This document shows positions 9,826 through 19,179 of a stretch of DNA of 64,000 nt, piece after piece; the first letter of the stretch is position 1, and each line of letters starts with the position of its first letter. This DNA comes from Alphaproteobacteria bacterium. Lineage in GTDB: Bacteria > Pseudomonadota > Alphaproteobacteria > MPNO01 > UBA830. Both the position numbers and the translations under genes were made by a program. The stretch is from positions 4,768,001 through 4,832,000 of the forward strand of contig OZ251539.1 in NCBI GenBank assembly GCA_965243135.1, in the 5' to 3' direction. The notes below the pieces were generated by a model that worked only from the letters and a program-made list of their open reading frames with translations, made no database searches and was not told the origin of the DNA.

Positions 9826-11238
9826 GTGAAACCGCACATTGAGAAGGCTGTTAGCGGGATGTCCATGCTACAAAGCATACTCGGCTCCGGGCGAAACGGA
9901 AGAAATCTTGGACCAAGCGGGTCATCTGTTTTCCCAAATATTAATGTTAACGGTATCGCCACCCAATTACGTGTCGATCAGAGGGGAGCACAGCGGGGCG
10001 TGAAGAACCAGCCCTCATCCCAAGATACCAGCTTTGATAAGGTCGAACATGAGATAGTCAATCAGGTCAAATCCATCAGAGATCAGGGGCTTAAAAATTG
10101 TGATGACCATGCCCGAGTGTATGATAAACGTATCACAGATGGCGTGGGAATGGAAATACAAATACGAAAGGTATGCGACACTACGCTAACTGATTTTCAA
10201 GCAGTGGTTGCAAAACATCAAGACGATCTCGATAAGGCGCACGAAGCGGAGCGACAAGCGGATGTCGCGCTTCAACAATTCCGTGATTATAATCGGATAA
10301 ATGATCCACCTTACGATGAAAATGGATTCCCTAAATGGTTTGCTATCTCTCTCGTTATCATAGCGGCAGAATCCGTATTGAATGGCGTTTTCTTCGCTAA
10401 AGCTCATGAGATGGGTCTGGCTGGGGGTATCGGAAACGCTTTAGCGATCTCGGTTGTCAACGTCGGGTTGGCAAGCCTTGCAGGCTTGGTGACCCGGAAC
10501 TTCAATCATGTTGAACCGTGGCGGAAAGTGATCGGTACGCTTTCGTTTTTGGGGGCAGCGGGTCTGGCGCTGCTGTTCAACTTCGTCGTTGCGCATTTCC
10601 GCGACGCCATGACGGCTGCGGCTTGGGACCAAGCCGCAGGGCGTGCGGTGGAGCGTGCAATCGCCGTTCATTTTCCCGAAAGTATTGACGCTTGGCTTCT
10701 TGCGTTACTGGGTTTGCTGGCGGCGGCTCTTGCCGGCTGGAAGACCTATGGTGCTGACCATCCTTATCCGGGTTATGGACGGATATCCAGAAAGAGGAAG
10801 GAAGCCTACGAAACCTACTACGATAAGCGGGAGACTGCGATCACCATCGTAACAGAAAAGAGAGATGAATTCAACAACAAGCTCTCCGCCGCAAACGCAA
10901 CAATTAACTCTGCCGCGCGGGCAAGAAGCGAGTACAAGTTGCTGCATAAGGAGCGAAGTTCATTTCTACAACAGTGCGATCAGGCAGTGAACGGATTGCT
11001 GACCCGTTATCGGAGCGCAAACCAATCGCAGCGCAGCCAGCGTCCACCGGAACATTTCAAAGAAGAGTATTACTTTCCGAAAATTCCGCCTCTGGACGAC
11101 TTGTCGTCGGCAATGCATTTGCCGGGTACCGGGCTTGAGGCAGTAGTCGGCGATTCGCTCCAAAAAATCCACTCAGCATGTGAGGATGCCATCAATGCCT
11201 TTCAAAAAGTTGACAAACGGGACAACCCGATGCCATGA
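9826..11238 (+). CDS. Hypothetical polytopic membrane protein with coiled-coil flanks (gene 1 of Zorya-like operon)
   Basis: 470 aa lower-GC ORF with about 4 central hydrophobic helices, a DHPYPGYG motif and helical N/C regions; start uncertain (GTG 9826 or ATG 9859/9865). Confidence 0.8.
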   Translation: MKPHIEKAVSGMSMLQSILGSGRNGRNLGPSGSSVFPNINVNGIATQLRVDQRGAQRGVKNQPSSQDTSFDKVEHEIVNQVKSIRDQGLKNCDDHARVYDKRITDGVGMEIQIRKVCDTTLTDFQAVVAKHQDDLDKAHEAERQADVALQQFRDYNRINDPPYDENGFPKWFAISLVIIAAESVLNGVFFAKAHEMGLAGGIGNALAISVVNVGLASLAGLVTRNFNHVEPWRKVIGTLSFLGAAGLALLFNFVVAHFRDAMTAAAWDQAAGRAVERAIAVHFPESIDAWLLALLGLLAAALAGWKTYGADHPYPGYGRISRKRKEAYETYYDKRETAITIVTEKRDEFNNKLSAANATINSAARARSEYKLLHKERSSFLQQCDQAVNGLLTRYRSANQSQRSQRPPEHFKEEYYFPKIPPLDDLSSAMHLPGTGLEAVVGDSLQKIHSACEDAINAFQKVDKRDNPMP

Positions 11239-12032
11239 GACGGGTTGGAAGGCGGCGTGAAAAGCGGCAGGCCGGTTGGTGGGCGCTTATCGTCGCCACG
11301 CTCGTCGGACTTGCCATAGTTGTCGTGCTCATTCGGGAGTTCCAGCCTCCCTCTATTGACAAGACGACCCTGTGCCCGAAAGAAACAGGACCTGTAGCGG
11401 GCGTCGTGATCCTGCTTGATCTCACTGACCCGCTCAGCCCGACCCAGCATGCCCGACTGCGCGGGATTCTCGAAGCGGCCCTTGCCGAGGCGGAGGCAAA
11501 TACGCTCTTCGCGGTGGGTGCGGTCAGGACCGATCCCACACGGCGTGGCGCGGAATTCAAGCTCTGCAAGCCGTTAGAAGGGAAAGAGGCGAACGAACTT
11601 TACCAGAATTCGCGTCTTGTCCAAGATCGTTACCGGAAAGAATTCAAACGTCCGCTGGACTCCGTGCTTGAGGAAATGCTGGCCGCCGAGGCCGCGAACC
11701 GCTCGCCGATCATGGAATCGTTGCAGGCTTTACTCGCGTCCACGCCCGGATTCCTCGATGCTGAATATCCTCGACGCGTCCTGATCGTTTCGGATCTGCT
11801 GCAACACAGCGCCGCGTTCAGTTTCTATCGTGGCGGAAGCTGGAGAACCTTCATACGGTCCTCGGAATCCCGGAGACAGGCAAGAAACATGACCGGAATT
11901 GACGTAGAGATTTATCGGATGCCGCGTTCGAATACGAAGATTGATATCGCTGATGTAGAAGACTTCTGGGTTAACTATTTTGATCGGGCGAATGTACAGA
12001 GCTTGTCCACTCGACCGCTTGGCGACCTGTGA
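11235..12032 (+). CDS. Membrane-anchored vWA-like protein (gene 2 of Zorya-like operon)
   Basis: N-terminal TM; VILLDLTDP (MIDAS-like strand), SPIMESL and RVLIVSDLLQHS resemble vWA elements; 4-nt overlaps at both ends. Confidence 0.65.
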   Translation: MRRVGRRREKRQAGWWALIVATLVGLAIVVVLIREFQPPSIDKTTLCPKETGPVAGVVILLDLTDPLSPTQHARLRGILEAALAEAEANTLFAVGAVRTDPTRRGAEFKLCKPLEGKEANELYQNSRLVQDRYRKEFKRPLDSVLEEMLAAEAANRSPIMESLQALLASTPGFLDAEYPRRVLIVSDLLQHSAAFSFYRGGSWRTFIRSSESRRQARNMTGIDVEIYRMPRSNTKIDIADVEDFWVNYFDRANVQSLSTRPLGDL

Positions 12033-13531
12033 GCACTTTCTTCCATAAATCGATTCTTGCCGTGTCCTTCTTCATCGGCACCGCCGGGATCGGCGTGTTC
12101 AGGATGGGTGGAGGATCAGGGACCGAATTGCAATGGTACGGTGCAATCTGTTCGGTTACTGTTATCCTTGTCTATTGTTTGGTAGCATGGATCCCTTCTT
12201 TGAGTAGAAATCTTTCCGACAAATTCGAGATAAGCACTGATCCGGAGATCGTCGGAGATAATTGTTACTATCTCGGCTTCGTCTTCACGCTTGTAAGTCT
12301 CGCAATCACACTTTACCGACTGCTTCCATCCGGTTCAGAAACCGTGACAAGCGACATGCTTGGAGACGTGATCTCTGGCTTCGGCATCGCGCTGGTTTCA
12401 ACCATCTTCGGCATCGTACTACGCGTCCTGCACATTCGTGTCCGTCCCGATATTGATGTCCTATCGGAGGATTCTCGCCGGGAGATAGAGGTTGCAGTCC
12501 ACGATTTCCGACGAAACCTATCCGCGAGCGTTCTCGCCCTGAATGACTTCGCTATCGAAACACAGCAGGTTTTGTCTGAAAAGCGCGAGGACATGAGGGA
12601 GAAGGCCGCGGAGGATGCGAAGGCGCAGCGTCAGGCGTTAGCAAAAAGCTTTGAAACTCAAGTCCTTGCGCTGGGCGACGCGCTCCGTCCGGCGACAAGA
12701 AAGGCAGTTGCAACTCTCACGGACTCCGTAGCTGAAGCAGCGGCTGCAGGGCATGAGGAACTCGTCGCACGCGTTGCGGGGATGCGTGCGTCTGTTTCTG
12801 ATCTTGCACGCCGGGAAACCGAAGCTATCGAAGCTCTCATTAAGGATGCAGAACGTACCAGGAACGAGCTTTCCCAATTTGGAACCACCATTTCGTTACT
12901 CGCTCGGAATTTTGATTCTGCTGCTACAGATGTTTTCAGCCATATCGATCCGGCCATTGGCGCGTTTCGCGACAAAATTTCTGGAGCGACGGAAGCGTTG
13001 GCCGTGTCGGATTCGGCGCTTTTGGAACTAGCAGGAAAACTTAAAGTTATCAGCGCAAATATTTCGGGCCAGTTCGATCCAGCTGTTGAAACGCTTCAAG
13101 ACAGAGTTTCAACGATAACGGAAACACTTGCAAAATCGAACACCGCGCTCTCGCAGTTGGCCGATCACCTTGATACTGCGGGTACTGATATTCCCGAGAA
13201 TCTTCAACCCGCCGCAGAGACGTTCCACGGGAAGCTCGCTCGGGCGGCTGAAGCACTGGCCGACATCGATCACGCGGTGTCCCGACTTGCCGAACGTTTC
13301 GAGGCTGTCAGCGCGGATATGTCCCAGCGTCTCGATCCGGCCGCCAGCGCGTTTCGATCAGGGATCGTGGATGCGACGGAGGCGCTCGCCAAGACCGGCG
13401 AGGCGCTTGATGGGATAGCAACAAGACTCGCTCAGTTAGTGGGTGACGCTGAAACAAGAGTTGCGAGCACAGTTCAGCCTCGTCGTCGGTGGCGGCGATG
13501 GTGGCGATTTGGCCGAAGACGCAGCAATTGA
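12029..13531 (+). CDS. MotA/TolQ/ExbB-type membrane protein with a long helical tail (ZorA-like)
   Basis: TM motifs YYLGFVFTL and SGFGIALVSTIFGI; about 350-aa alanine-rich helical tail; upstream of an OmpA/MotB gene. Confidence 0.72.
   Translation: MSTFFHKSILAVSFFIGTAGIGVFRMGGGSGTELQWYGAICSVTVILVYCLVAWIPSLSRNLSDKFEISTDPEIVGDNCYYLGFVFTLVSLAITLYRLLPSGSETVTSDMLGDVISGFGIALVSTIFGIVLRVLHIRVRPDIDVLSEDSRREIEVAVHDFRRNLSASVLALNDFAIETQQVLSEKREDMREKAAEDAKAQRQALAKSFETQVLALGDALRPATRKAVATLTDSVAEAAAAGHEELVARVAGMRASVSDLARRETEAIEALIKDAERTRNELSQFGTTISLLARNFDSAATDVFSHIDPAIGAFRDKISGATEALAVSDSALLELAGKLKVISANISGQFDPAVETLQDRVSTITETLAKSNTALSQLADHLDTAGTDIPENLQPAAETFHGKLARAAEALADIDHAVSRLAERFEAVSADMSQRLDPAASAFRSGIVDATEALAKTGEALDGIATRLAQLVGDAETRVASTVQPRRRWRRWWRFGRRRSN
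12947..13440 (+). repeat. Four degenerate 43-aa (129-bp) repeats in the ZorA-like tail
   Basis: DPA/QPA...EALA units start at 12947, 13076, 13205 and 13334. Confidence 0.75.
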
Positions 13532-13546
13532 CGGCTGAGTTACGCA

Positions 13547-14986
13547 ATGGCGCTGCCCTCTGGTACAGATTTTCCTAAGGAAACCCATTATCGACGCGGT
13601 GTGGTCATGGGATTGACTGTCGCGGAAGCGTTCATGCTCGTAGCCTTTATATTGATGATGACGCTTCTCTTCTGGCGCTTGGCGATCGAGGAAGAAACCA
13701 AAGGTCATGTTCGAGCAAAACAAATTTCTCTAGAGACTATCAATATACTGATCGAAAATCCAAAAATTGAACAACTTGTTCCGGCCATCGAGCATTTGCG
13801 GGAGGACACTCGACGCAAACTCGGCGATCTTGTTCGGCGTCCATATGCGAACGAGGCGGTAGCGGTTGCGCAAGGTTTATCGGAAGCCGACCTTGGTGCG
13901 TTGCGGCGTGGGGCGAAGCTTGTCGATCCGCAACGTTTTAAGGAGCTCAAGGACGCCGAGGAACTGGCGAAACGCTTCAAGGCGACGAGCCTCATGATCG
14001 AAAAGATCGAGGATCTTAAGGATGCACTGCGGCAGCGAAGCGTCGGGGAAATTGAGGACGCACTTGCAGTTATGAAGGGATTGTCTGAGGCTGACCGTCG
14101 TGAGTTGCGGCGCGGGGCAAAGCTTGTCGATCCACAACGTTTTAAGGAGCTCAAGGACGCCGAGGAACTGGCGAAACGCTTCAAGGCGACGAACCTTATG
14201 ATCGAAAAGATCGAGGGTCTTAAGGATGCGCTGCGGCAACGAAGCGTCGGGGAAATTGAGGATGCACTTGCAATTACTAGGGGATTGTCTGAGGCCGACC
14301 TTCGTGAGTTACGGCGTGGGGCGAAGCTTGTCAATCCGCAACGTCTTAAGGAGCTAGAGGACGCCGAGGAACTAGCGCAACGTTTGCACAGCCGACTTAC
14401 GGAGCTTCTTAACGAAGAAGATCGGGCGCGCAAGGATTTGGTCGACGAGCTCAAGCGGGATCTTGGGACCGAGATCCGGGTTGTCGGCGGGCGCATCGAC
14501 GAGTTCGACGGCACGATCACGTTTCCGGAAAACGCGCTTTTTTCATTGGGACGAGACGATATTCTGCCTCGTTTTTCCGATATATTGGACAAGATGTGCC
14601 CGATCTGGTTGAAAAAATTGAGGAAGTTTACGGATCGACGGGAAATCGAGGAAATTCTGATAGAAGGACATTCGTCTTCGGAATGGAATAACGCCCCGAC
14701 GAAACGGGACGCTTGGGTTCTGAATCTCGACCTCTCGCAACGCCGTGCACAGGCGGTTCTAGTGCATTGCCTGAAGCTGGTCGAAGGAACGCTGTCCGGG
14801 GAATGGTCTCGTGCAAAGTTGGCTGCAATCGGTTATTCTTCTTCGCGGCCGGTGTTGGAAAACGGCCGGGAAAGCCTGCGAAAGTCGCGGCGCGCTGTGT
14901 TCGGGATGCGGTTGAGCCGTGAGCAACTTCGGCAAGAAATCCTGAAAGAACTCCAGAAGGAAAACCGCGGTGACGTTGCCCGATAG
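13547..14986 (+). CDS. MotB/OmpA-family protein (ZorB-like) with internal repeats
   Basis: N-terminal [19 protein letters not shown]; C-terminal OmpA-like domain [11 protein letters not shown]...[12 protein letters not shown]...AIGYSSSRP...SRRAVF. Confidence 0.82.
   Translation: MALPSGTDFPKETHYRRGVVMGLTVAEAFMLVAFILMMTLLFWRLAIEEETKGHVRAKQISLETINILIENPKIEQLVPAIEHLREDTRRKLGDLVRRPYANEAVAVAQGLSEADLGALRRGAKLVDPQRFKELKDAEELAKRFKATSLMIEKIEDLKDALRQRSVGEIEDALAVMKGLSEADRRELRRGAKLVDPQRFKELKDAEELAKRFKATNLMIEKIEGLKDALRQRSVGEIEDALAITRGLSEADLRELRRGAKLVNPQRLKELEDAEELAQRLHSRLTELLNEEDRARKDLVDELKRDLGTEIRVVGGRIDEFDGTITFPENALFSLGRDDILPRFSDILDKMCPIWLKKLRKFTDRREIEEILIEGHSSSEWNNAPTKRDAWVLNLDLSQRRAQAVLVHCLKLVEGTLSGEWSRAKLAAIGYSSSRPVLENGRESLRKSRRAVFGMRLSREQLRQEILKELQKENRGDVAR
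13874..14385 (+). repeat. About 2.5 tandem copies of a 204-bp (68-aa) repeat in the ZorB-like gene
   Basis: GLSEAD...[22 protein letters not shown] units start at 13874, 14078 and 14282, near-identical at DNA level. Confidence 0.93.
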
Positions 14987-15123
14987 CCATGAAGGCTGGA
15001 GCACGAGCGTCTCGCCCGCGTCAAGGACGCGAATATGATCAAAGTACAGAGGTCCAGAAGTCGCTAGGACCGACGGTTTCAATGGACGAACTTCGCGCAT
15101 CCACGGGACATCAGACCTTCGCC

Positions 15124-16641
15124 ATGTCCATTCGCTCTGCTGCTCGTGCGCTCATGTTACAGGGAACCGGTTCCGACGTTGGTAAATCGGTACTAGCGGC
15201 GGGATTGTGCCGTGCCTATTCGCGACGCGGTCTCGCAGTGCGCCCGTTCAAGCCCCAGAACATGTCGAACAACGCCGCGGTCACGGTCGACGGCGGCGAG
15301 ATCGGCCGCGCCCAGGCTCTGCAGGCGCGGGCCTGCGGCGTGGCCGCGCATACCGACATGAATCCGGTGCTTCTCAAGCCCCAGGCCGAAACAGGCGCAC
15401 AGGTCGTGGTGCAGGGCAGGATCGCGGGAAACGCCGGCGCCCGGGCCTACCAGAAGATGAAACCCGATCTGCTGCCGACGGTATTGCGAAGCTTCGTCAG
15501 GCTTTCCGGGCAGGCGGACCTCGTTCTGGTCGAGGGCGCCGGGAGCGCGGCCGAAGTGAATCTGCGGCGATCCGACATCGCCAACATGGGTTTCGCCTGC
15601 GCCGCCGGCGTTCCGGTCGCGCTGATCGGCGACATTGATCGGGGCGGCGTCATCGCCCAGCTCGTCGGCACGTGGAGCTTGTTGGACGAGGCCGAGCGCG
15701 CCTTGGTCAGGGGCTTCGTCGTCAACAAGTTTCGGGGCGACCTCTCGCTGTTCGACGACGGGGTCGCTCTCGTCCGCGAACGCACGGGCATGGCCCCGTT
15801 CGGAGTCGTGCCCTGGTTCGCGGACGCCGCGGCCCTGCCTGCGGAGGATGCTTTCGGGCTAGCCGCCGTCCCCGAAGACGAAACCGGCGGCGTCAGGATT
15901 GCCGTGCCGGTCTGTCCGCGCATCTCCAATTTCGACGATCTCGACCCTTTGCGCGCGGAACCGCGCGTCGAGGTCGTCATGGTGACGGCGGGACAGGCGC
16001 TTCCCGGAAACGCCGACCTCGTTTTGCTGCCCGGCTCCAAGGCGACCCTCGCCGATCTCGCGTTTCTGCGCGGCCAGGGATGGGACATCGACATCGCCGC
16101 CCATGCACGGCGAGGCGGCGTCGTGCTCGGGATCTGCGGCGGCTATCAGATGCTCGGGCGGCGCGTTTCCGATCCCCATGGCGTGGAGGGGGAACCGGCG
16201 GAAGCGCCGGGGCTGGGACTGCTGGACGTGACGACGGTGCTGACTCGCGACAAGGCGCTTCGGCAGGTCTCGGGCGCGGCCGTGCCGACCGGGCAGGCGG
16301 TGAAGGGATACGAGATGCATGTCGGCGAGACGGCCGGCCCGGACGCCGCGCGGCCGATGCTTGCGCTCGCCAGCGGTCCCGACGGCGCGATTTCCGTCGA
16401 TCGCAGGACGATGGGGTGCCATGTGCACGGGCTCTTCGCGTCCGACGGCTTTCGCTCCGCCTTTCTCGAAGAGTTGAGGCCGGGCGCTCGCTCGCTTCTG
16501 AACTACGAGGCGGGCGTCGAGGACGCTCTCGACGCGCTGGCCCGTCATCTCGAGGCCCATCTCGACCTCGATGCGATGCTTCAGGCCAGCGCCATGATCG
16601 CCAGCAACGCCGCCGCAAGCGCCCCGGCGGCCCGCCGATAA
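15124..16641 (+). CDS. cobQ: Cobyric acid synthase CobQ
   Basis: [52 protein letters not shown] motifs. Confidence 0.96.
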   Translation: MSIRSAARALMLQGTGSDVGKSVLAAGLCRAYSRRGLAVRPFKPQNMSNNAAVTVDGGEIGRAQALQARACGVAAHTDMNPVLLKPQAETGAQVVVQGRIAGNAGARAYQKMKPDLLPTVLRSFVRLSGQADLVLVEGAGSAAEVNLRRSDIANMGFACAAGVPVALIGDIDRGGVIAQLVGTWSLLDEAERALVRGFVVNKFRGDLSLFDDGVALVRERTGMAPFGVVPWFADAAALPAEDAFGLAAVPEDETGGVRIAVPVCPRISNFDDLDPLRAEPRVEVVMVTAGQALPGNADLVLLPGSKATLADLAFLRGQGWDIDIAAHARRGGVVLGICGGYQMLGRRVSDPHGVEGEPAEAPGLGLLDVTTVLTRDKALRQVSGAAVPTGQAVKGYEMHVGETAGPDAARPMLALASGPDGAISVDRRTMGCHVHGLFASDGFRSAFLEELRPGARSLLNYEAGVEDALDALARHLEAHLDLDAMLQASAMIASNAAASAPAARR

Positions 16642-17552
16642 AGACGCAGGGCGCGGCGAATGTCTTCCGATCCCGCTTCCGCGCGCCCCTCCCCGTGCAT
16701 CCATGCGTCGTCGACCGTTTCGCCGCGATACCGGCGCGGTCCGGCCAACGCCAGGCCCAGCGCTCCGGCCATCGCCGCTTCGGGCCAGCCCGCGTTCGCC
16801 GACCTGTGCCGTCGCGCGTCGCGCGTCGTCGCGATCCACGCGCCGCGCGTTCCCTTTCCTGCGACCGCCGCGATCAGGAGGGCGGCGAACCGCGCAGGGA
16901 TCGCGTTGACGGCGTCGTCCAGCCGGGCGGCGAACTTGCCGAATCGCTCGTGCCGGGCGTCGCGGTGACCGATCATGCTGTCCAGGGTGTTGATCGCCTT
17001 GCAGGCGCAGAGGCCCGGCAGGCCGAAGACCGCGAACCACAGGACCGGCGCGACCACGCCGTCGGAAAAGTTCTCCGCCGTGGACTCGATCGCGGCGCGC
17101 GCGACTCCGTTCTCGTCGAGCGATTCGGGATCGCGCCCGACGATGTGGGCGATCGCCGACCGCCCGGCTCCGAGCGACCGGTCGAGACCTTCGGCGACCT
17201 CGCGCACGTGATCGAACAGGCCGCGGTAGGAGATCAGCGTGCTGGCCAGAACCGCGCCGACCACCCAGCCGAGGCGGTGCTCCGCAAGCGCCGCCTGGAG
17301 GGCGTATCCGAACGCGGCCGCGAGAGCGGTCAACGACAGGCTCGTCGCCGCGCCGCGAAGCAGGCGCGCCCGGCCGCGATTGAACCGGGCCTCGCAGAAT
17401 CCGGCCAGACGGCCGAACAGAACGACCGGATGCGGCACGCGTTGGTAGAATTTCGGCGGATCGCCGACCGCCGCGTCGACGGCGAGCGCCAGCATCGCGA
17501 CAAGCAACGGGTGGACGGAAGCATCGCCGCCGGAGTACCAATGGAAAAGCAT
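16581..17552 (-). CDS. cobD: Adenosylcobinamide-phosphate synthase CobD/CbiB
   Basis: GDP...[44 protein letters not shown] motifs. Confidence 0.95.
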   Translation of the reverse strand: MLFHWYSGGDASVHPLLVAMLALAVDAAVGDPPKFYQRVPHPVVLFGRLAGFCEARFNRGRARLLRGAATSLSLTALAAAFGYALQAALAEHRLGWVVGAVLASTLISYRGLFDHVREVAEGLDRSLGAGRSAIAHIVGRDPESLDENGVARAAIESTAENFSDGVVAPVLWFAVFGLPGLCACKAINTLDSMIGHRDARHERFGKFAARLDDAVNAIPARFAALLIAAVAGKGTRGAWIATTRDARRHRSANAGWPEAAMAGALGLALAGPRRYRGETVDDAWMHGEGRAEAGSEDIRRALRLYRRAAGALAAALLAIMALA

Positions 17553-17632
17553 GCGGCCACAATCGCGCCGCCGCGGCGGCAAATCAATCGGTCGCCGCCG
17601 AACGGAGGAGAAAGGCGCTGACCAAGGGCATC

Positions 17633-18577
17633 ATGATCTGCGGCCACGGCAGCCGCGACGGAGCCGCCGTTGCCGAGTTCGAACGTCTTGCGGCGCTGCT
17701 TCGCGCGCGGTTGGAAGGCGCGCCGGTCGAACACGGGTTTCTCGAGTTCGCGACGCCGGTGATTGCGGACGGGCTGAACGCGCTGGCCCGCCGGGGCGTT
17801 TCCGAAATCCTTGCGGTTCCCGGAATGCTGTTCGCCGCCGGGCACGCGAAGAACGACATTCCGTCCGTGCTGAACGCCTGGGCCGCGGGAGCGAACGGGA
17901 TCGAAGTCCGCTACGGGCGCGACCTCGCCGTAGACGCCCGGATGCTGCACGCGGCTTCCGAACGCATCGGCGAGGCGCTCGACGCCGCCGGCCGGGACGT
18001 GCCGCTCGCCGAAACCATGCTCGTCGTGGTCGGGCGCGGCGCCTCGGACCCCGACGCGAACGCGAACGTCGCCAAGGTCATGCGCATGCTTTGGGAGGGA
18101 TCGGGATTCGGCTGGGGCGAGACGGCCTATTCCGGCGTGACGTTTCCGCTGGTGGAGCCGGCGCTGGAGCGCGCGGCCCGGCTCGGCTTCCGGCGCATCG
18201 TCGTATTTCCCTACTTCCTGTTCACCGGCGTGCTGGTGCGGCGCATCTACGACCATACGGACAGGGTCGCCGCGCGCCGTCCGGAGACGGAATTCGTCAA
18301 GGCGCCCTATCTGGGCGACCATCCGCAGGTCGTCGAGACCTTTCTCGAACGGATCGCGGAGATCGGGCGGGGCGAGAACAACATGAACTGCCAGCTCTGC
18401 AAGTACCGGGAACGGGTGCCGGGCTTCGAGGAGGAGGTCGGACTTCCCCAGCGCGGCCACCACCACCACGTGGAAGGCGGCGGCCACGCGCACCGCCACG
18501 CGCATGATCACGGCGACCGCCCGCCCTATCCCCACGCGGACCACCCGCTGGGACCGGCGACGCTCGCCGGCGACTGA
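17633..18577 (+). CDS. cbiX: Sirohydrochlorin cobaltochelatase CbiX-like protein
   Basis: CGHGSRD, GFLEFATP, AAGHAKNDIP, FPYFLFTGVL, CxxC and a His-rich C-terminus. Confidence 0.9.
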   Translation: MICGHGSRDGAAVAEFERLAALLRARLEGAPVEHGFLEFATPVIADGLNALARRGVSEILAVPGMLFAAGHAKNDIPSVLNAWAAGANGIEVRYGRDLAVDARMLHAASERIGEALDAAGRDVPLAETMLVVVGRGASDPDANANVAKVMRMLWEGSGFGWGETAYSGVTFPLVEPALERAARLGFRRIVVFPYFLFTGVLVRRIYDHTDRVAARRPETEFVKAPYLGDHPQVVETFLERIAEIGRGENNMNCQLCKYRERVPGFEEEVGLPQRGHHHHVEGGGHAHRHAHDHGDRPPYPHADHPLGPATLAGD

Positions 18578-18579
18578 AC

Positions 18580-19179
18580 ATGGACTATCTCCGCGACCCG
18601 GCGGAAATCATGGAGCGTTCGTTCCGGATCGCGCGCGCGGAAACCGACCTTTCGTCCCTGCCGCCCGACATGGCCGAAGTGGCGGTGCGGTTGGTCCACG
18701 CCTGCGGCATGCCGGACATCGTCGCCGATTTGCGCTGGTCGGACGGGGCCGCGGCCAAGGCGCGGTCGGCGCTGGCGGCCGGCGTGTCCGTCATCTGCGA
18801 CTCCCGGATGGTCGCGGCGGGAATCGCCCGGGCGCGCGGCGACGTTCTCTGCATGCTGGGGCTGCCGAACGTCGGCGCGATGGCTGCCGACATGGGCACG
18901 ACCCGATCGGCCGCCCAGGTCGAACTATGGAAGCCTTTCCTGCCCGGCAGCGTCGTCGCCATTGGCAATGCGCCGACCGCGCTGTTCAGGCTGCTCGAGG
19001 TGATCGACGAGGATCCGGGCCGCGAGCCGGCGGCGGTCCTGGCGTTCCCTGTCGGCTTCGTCGGGGCTGCGGAATCCAAGCAGGCGCTGGTGGAGCGAGG
19101 CGTTTCCTGCGTCACGGTTCTCGGCAGGCGCGGCGGCAGCGCGATGGCCGCCGCCGCCGTCAATGCGCTGGCCGGATGA
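18580..19179 (+). CDS. cobH: Precorrin-8X methylmutase
   Basis: RLVHACGM, TTRSAA, IGNAPTALF, PVGFVGAAESK, GRRGGSAMAAAAVNAL. Confidence 0.96.
   Translation: MDYLRDPAEIMERSFRIARAETDLSSLPPDMAEVAVRLVHACGMPDIVADLRWSDGAAAKARSALAAGVSVICDSRMVAAGIARARGDVLCMLGLPNVGAMAADMGTTRSAAQVELWKPFLPGSVVAIGNAPTALFRLLEVIDEDPGREPAAVLAFPVGFVGAAESKQALVERGVSCVTVLGRRGGSAMAAAAVNALAG

Noticed and set aside
12029-14986. Flagellar motAB or tolQR/exbBD housekeeping call
   Set aside because: The long helical tail, ZorB-type OmpA motif, lower GC and absence of flagellar or TonB neighbours argue against it.
16581-16641. Convergent 3' overlap of cobQ and cobD (also tusA and MFS)
   Set aside because: Short tail-to-tail overlaps are common in GC-rich genomes; no sign of special function.
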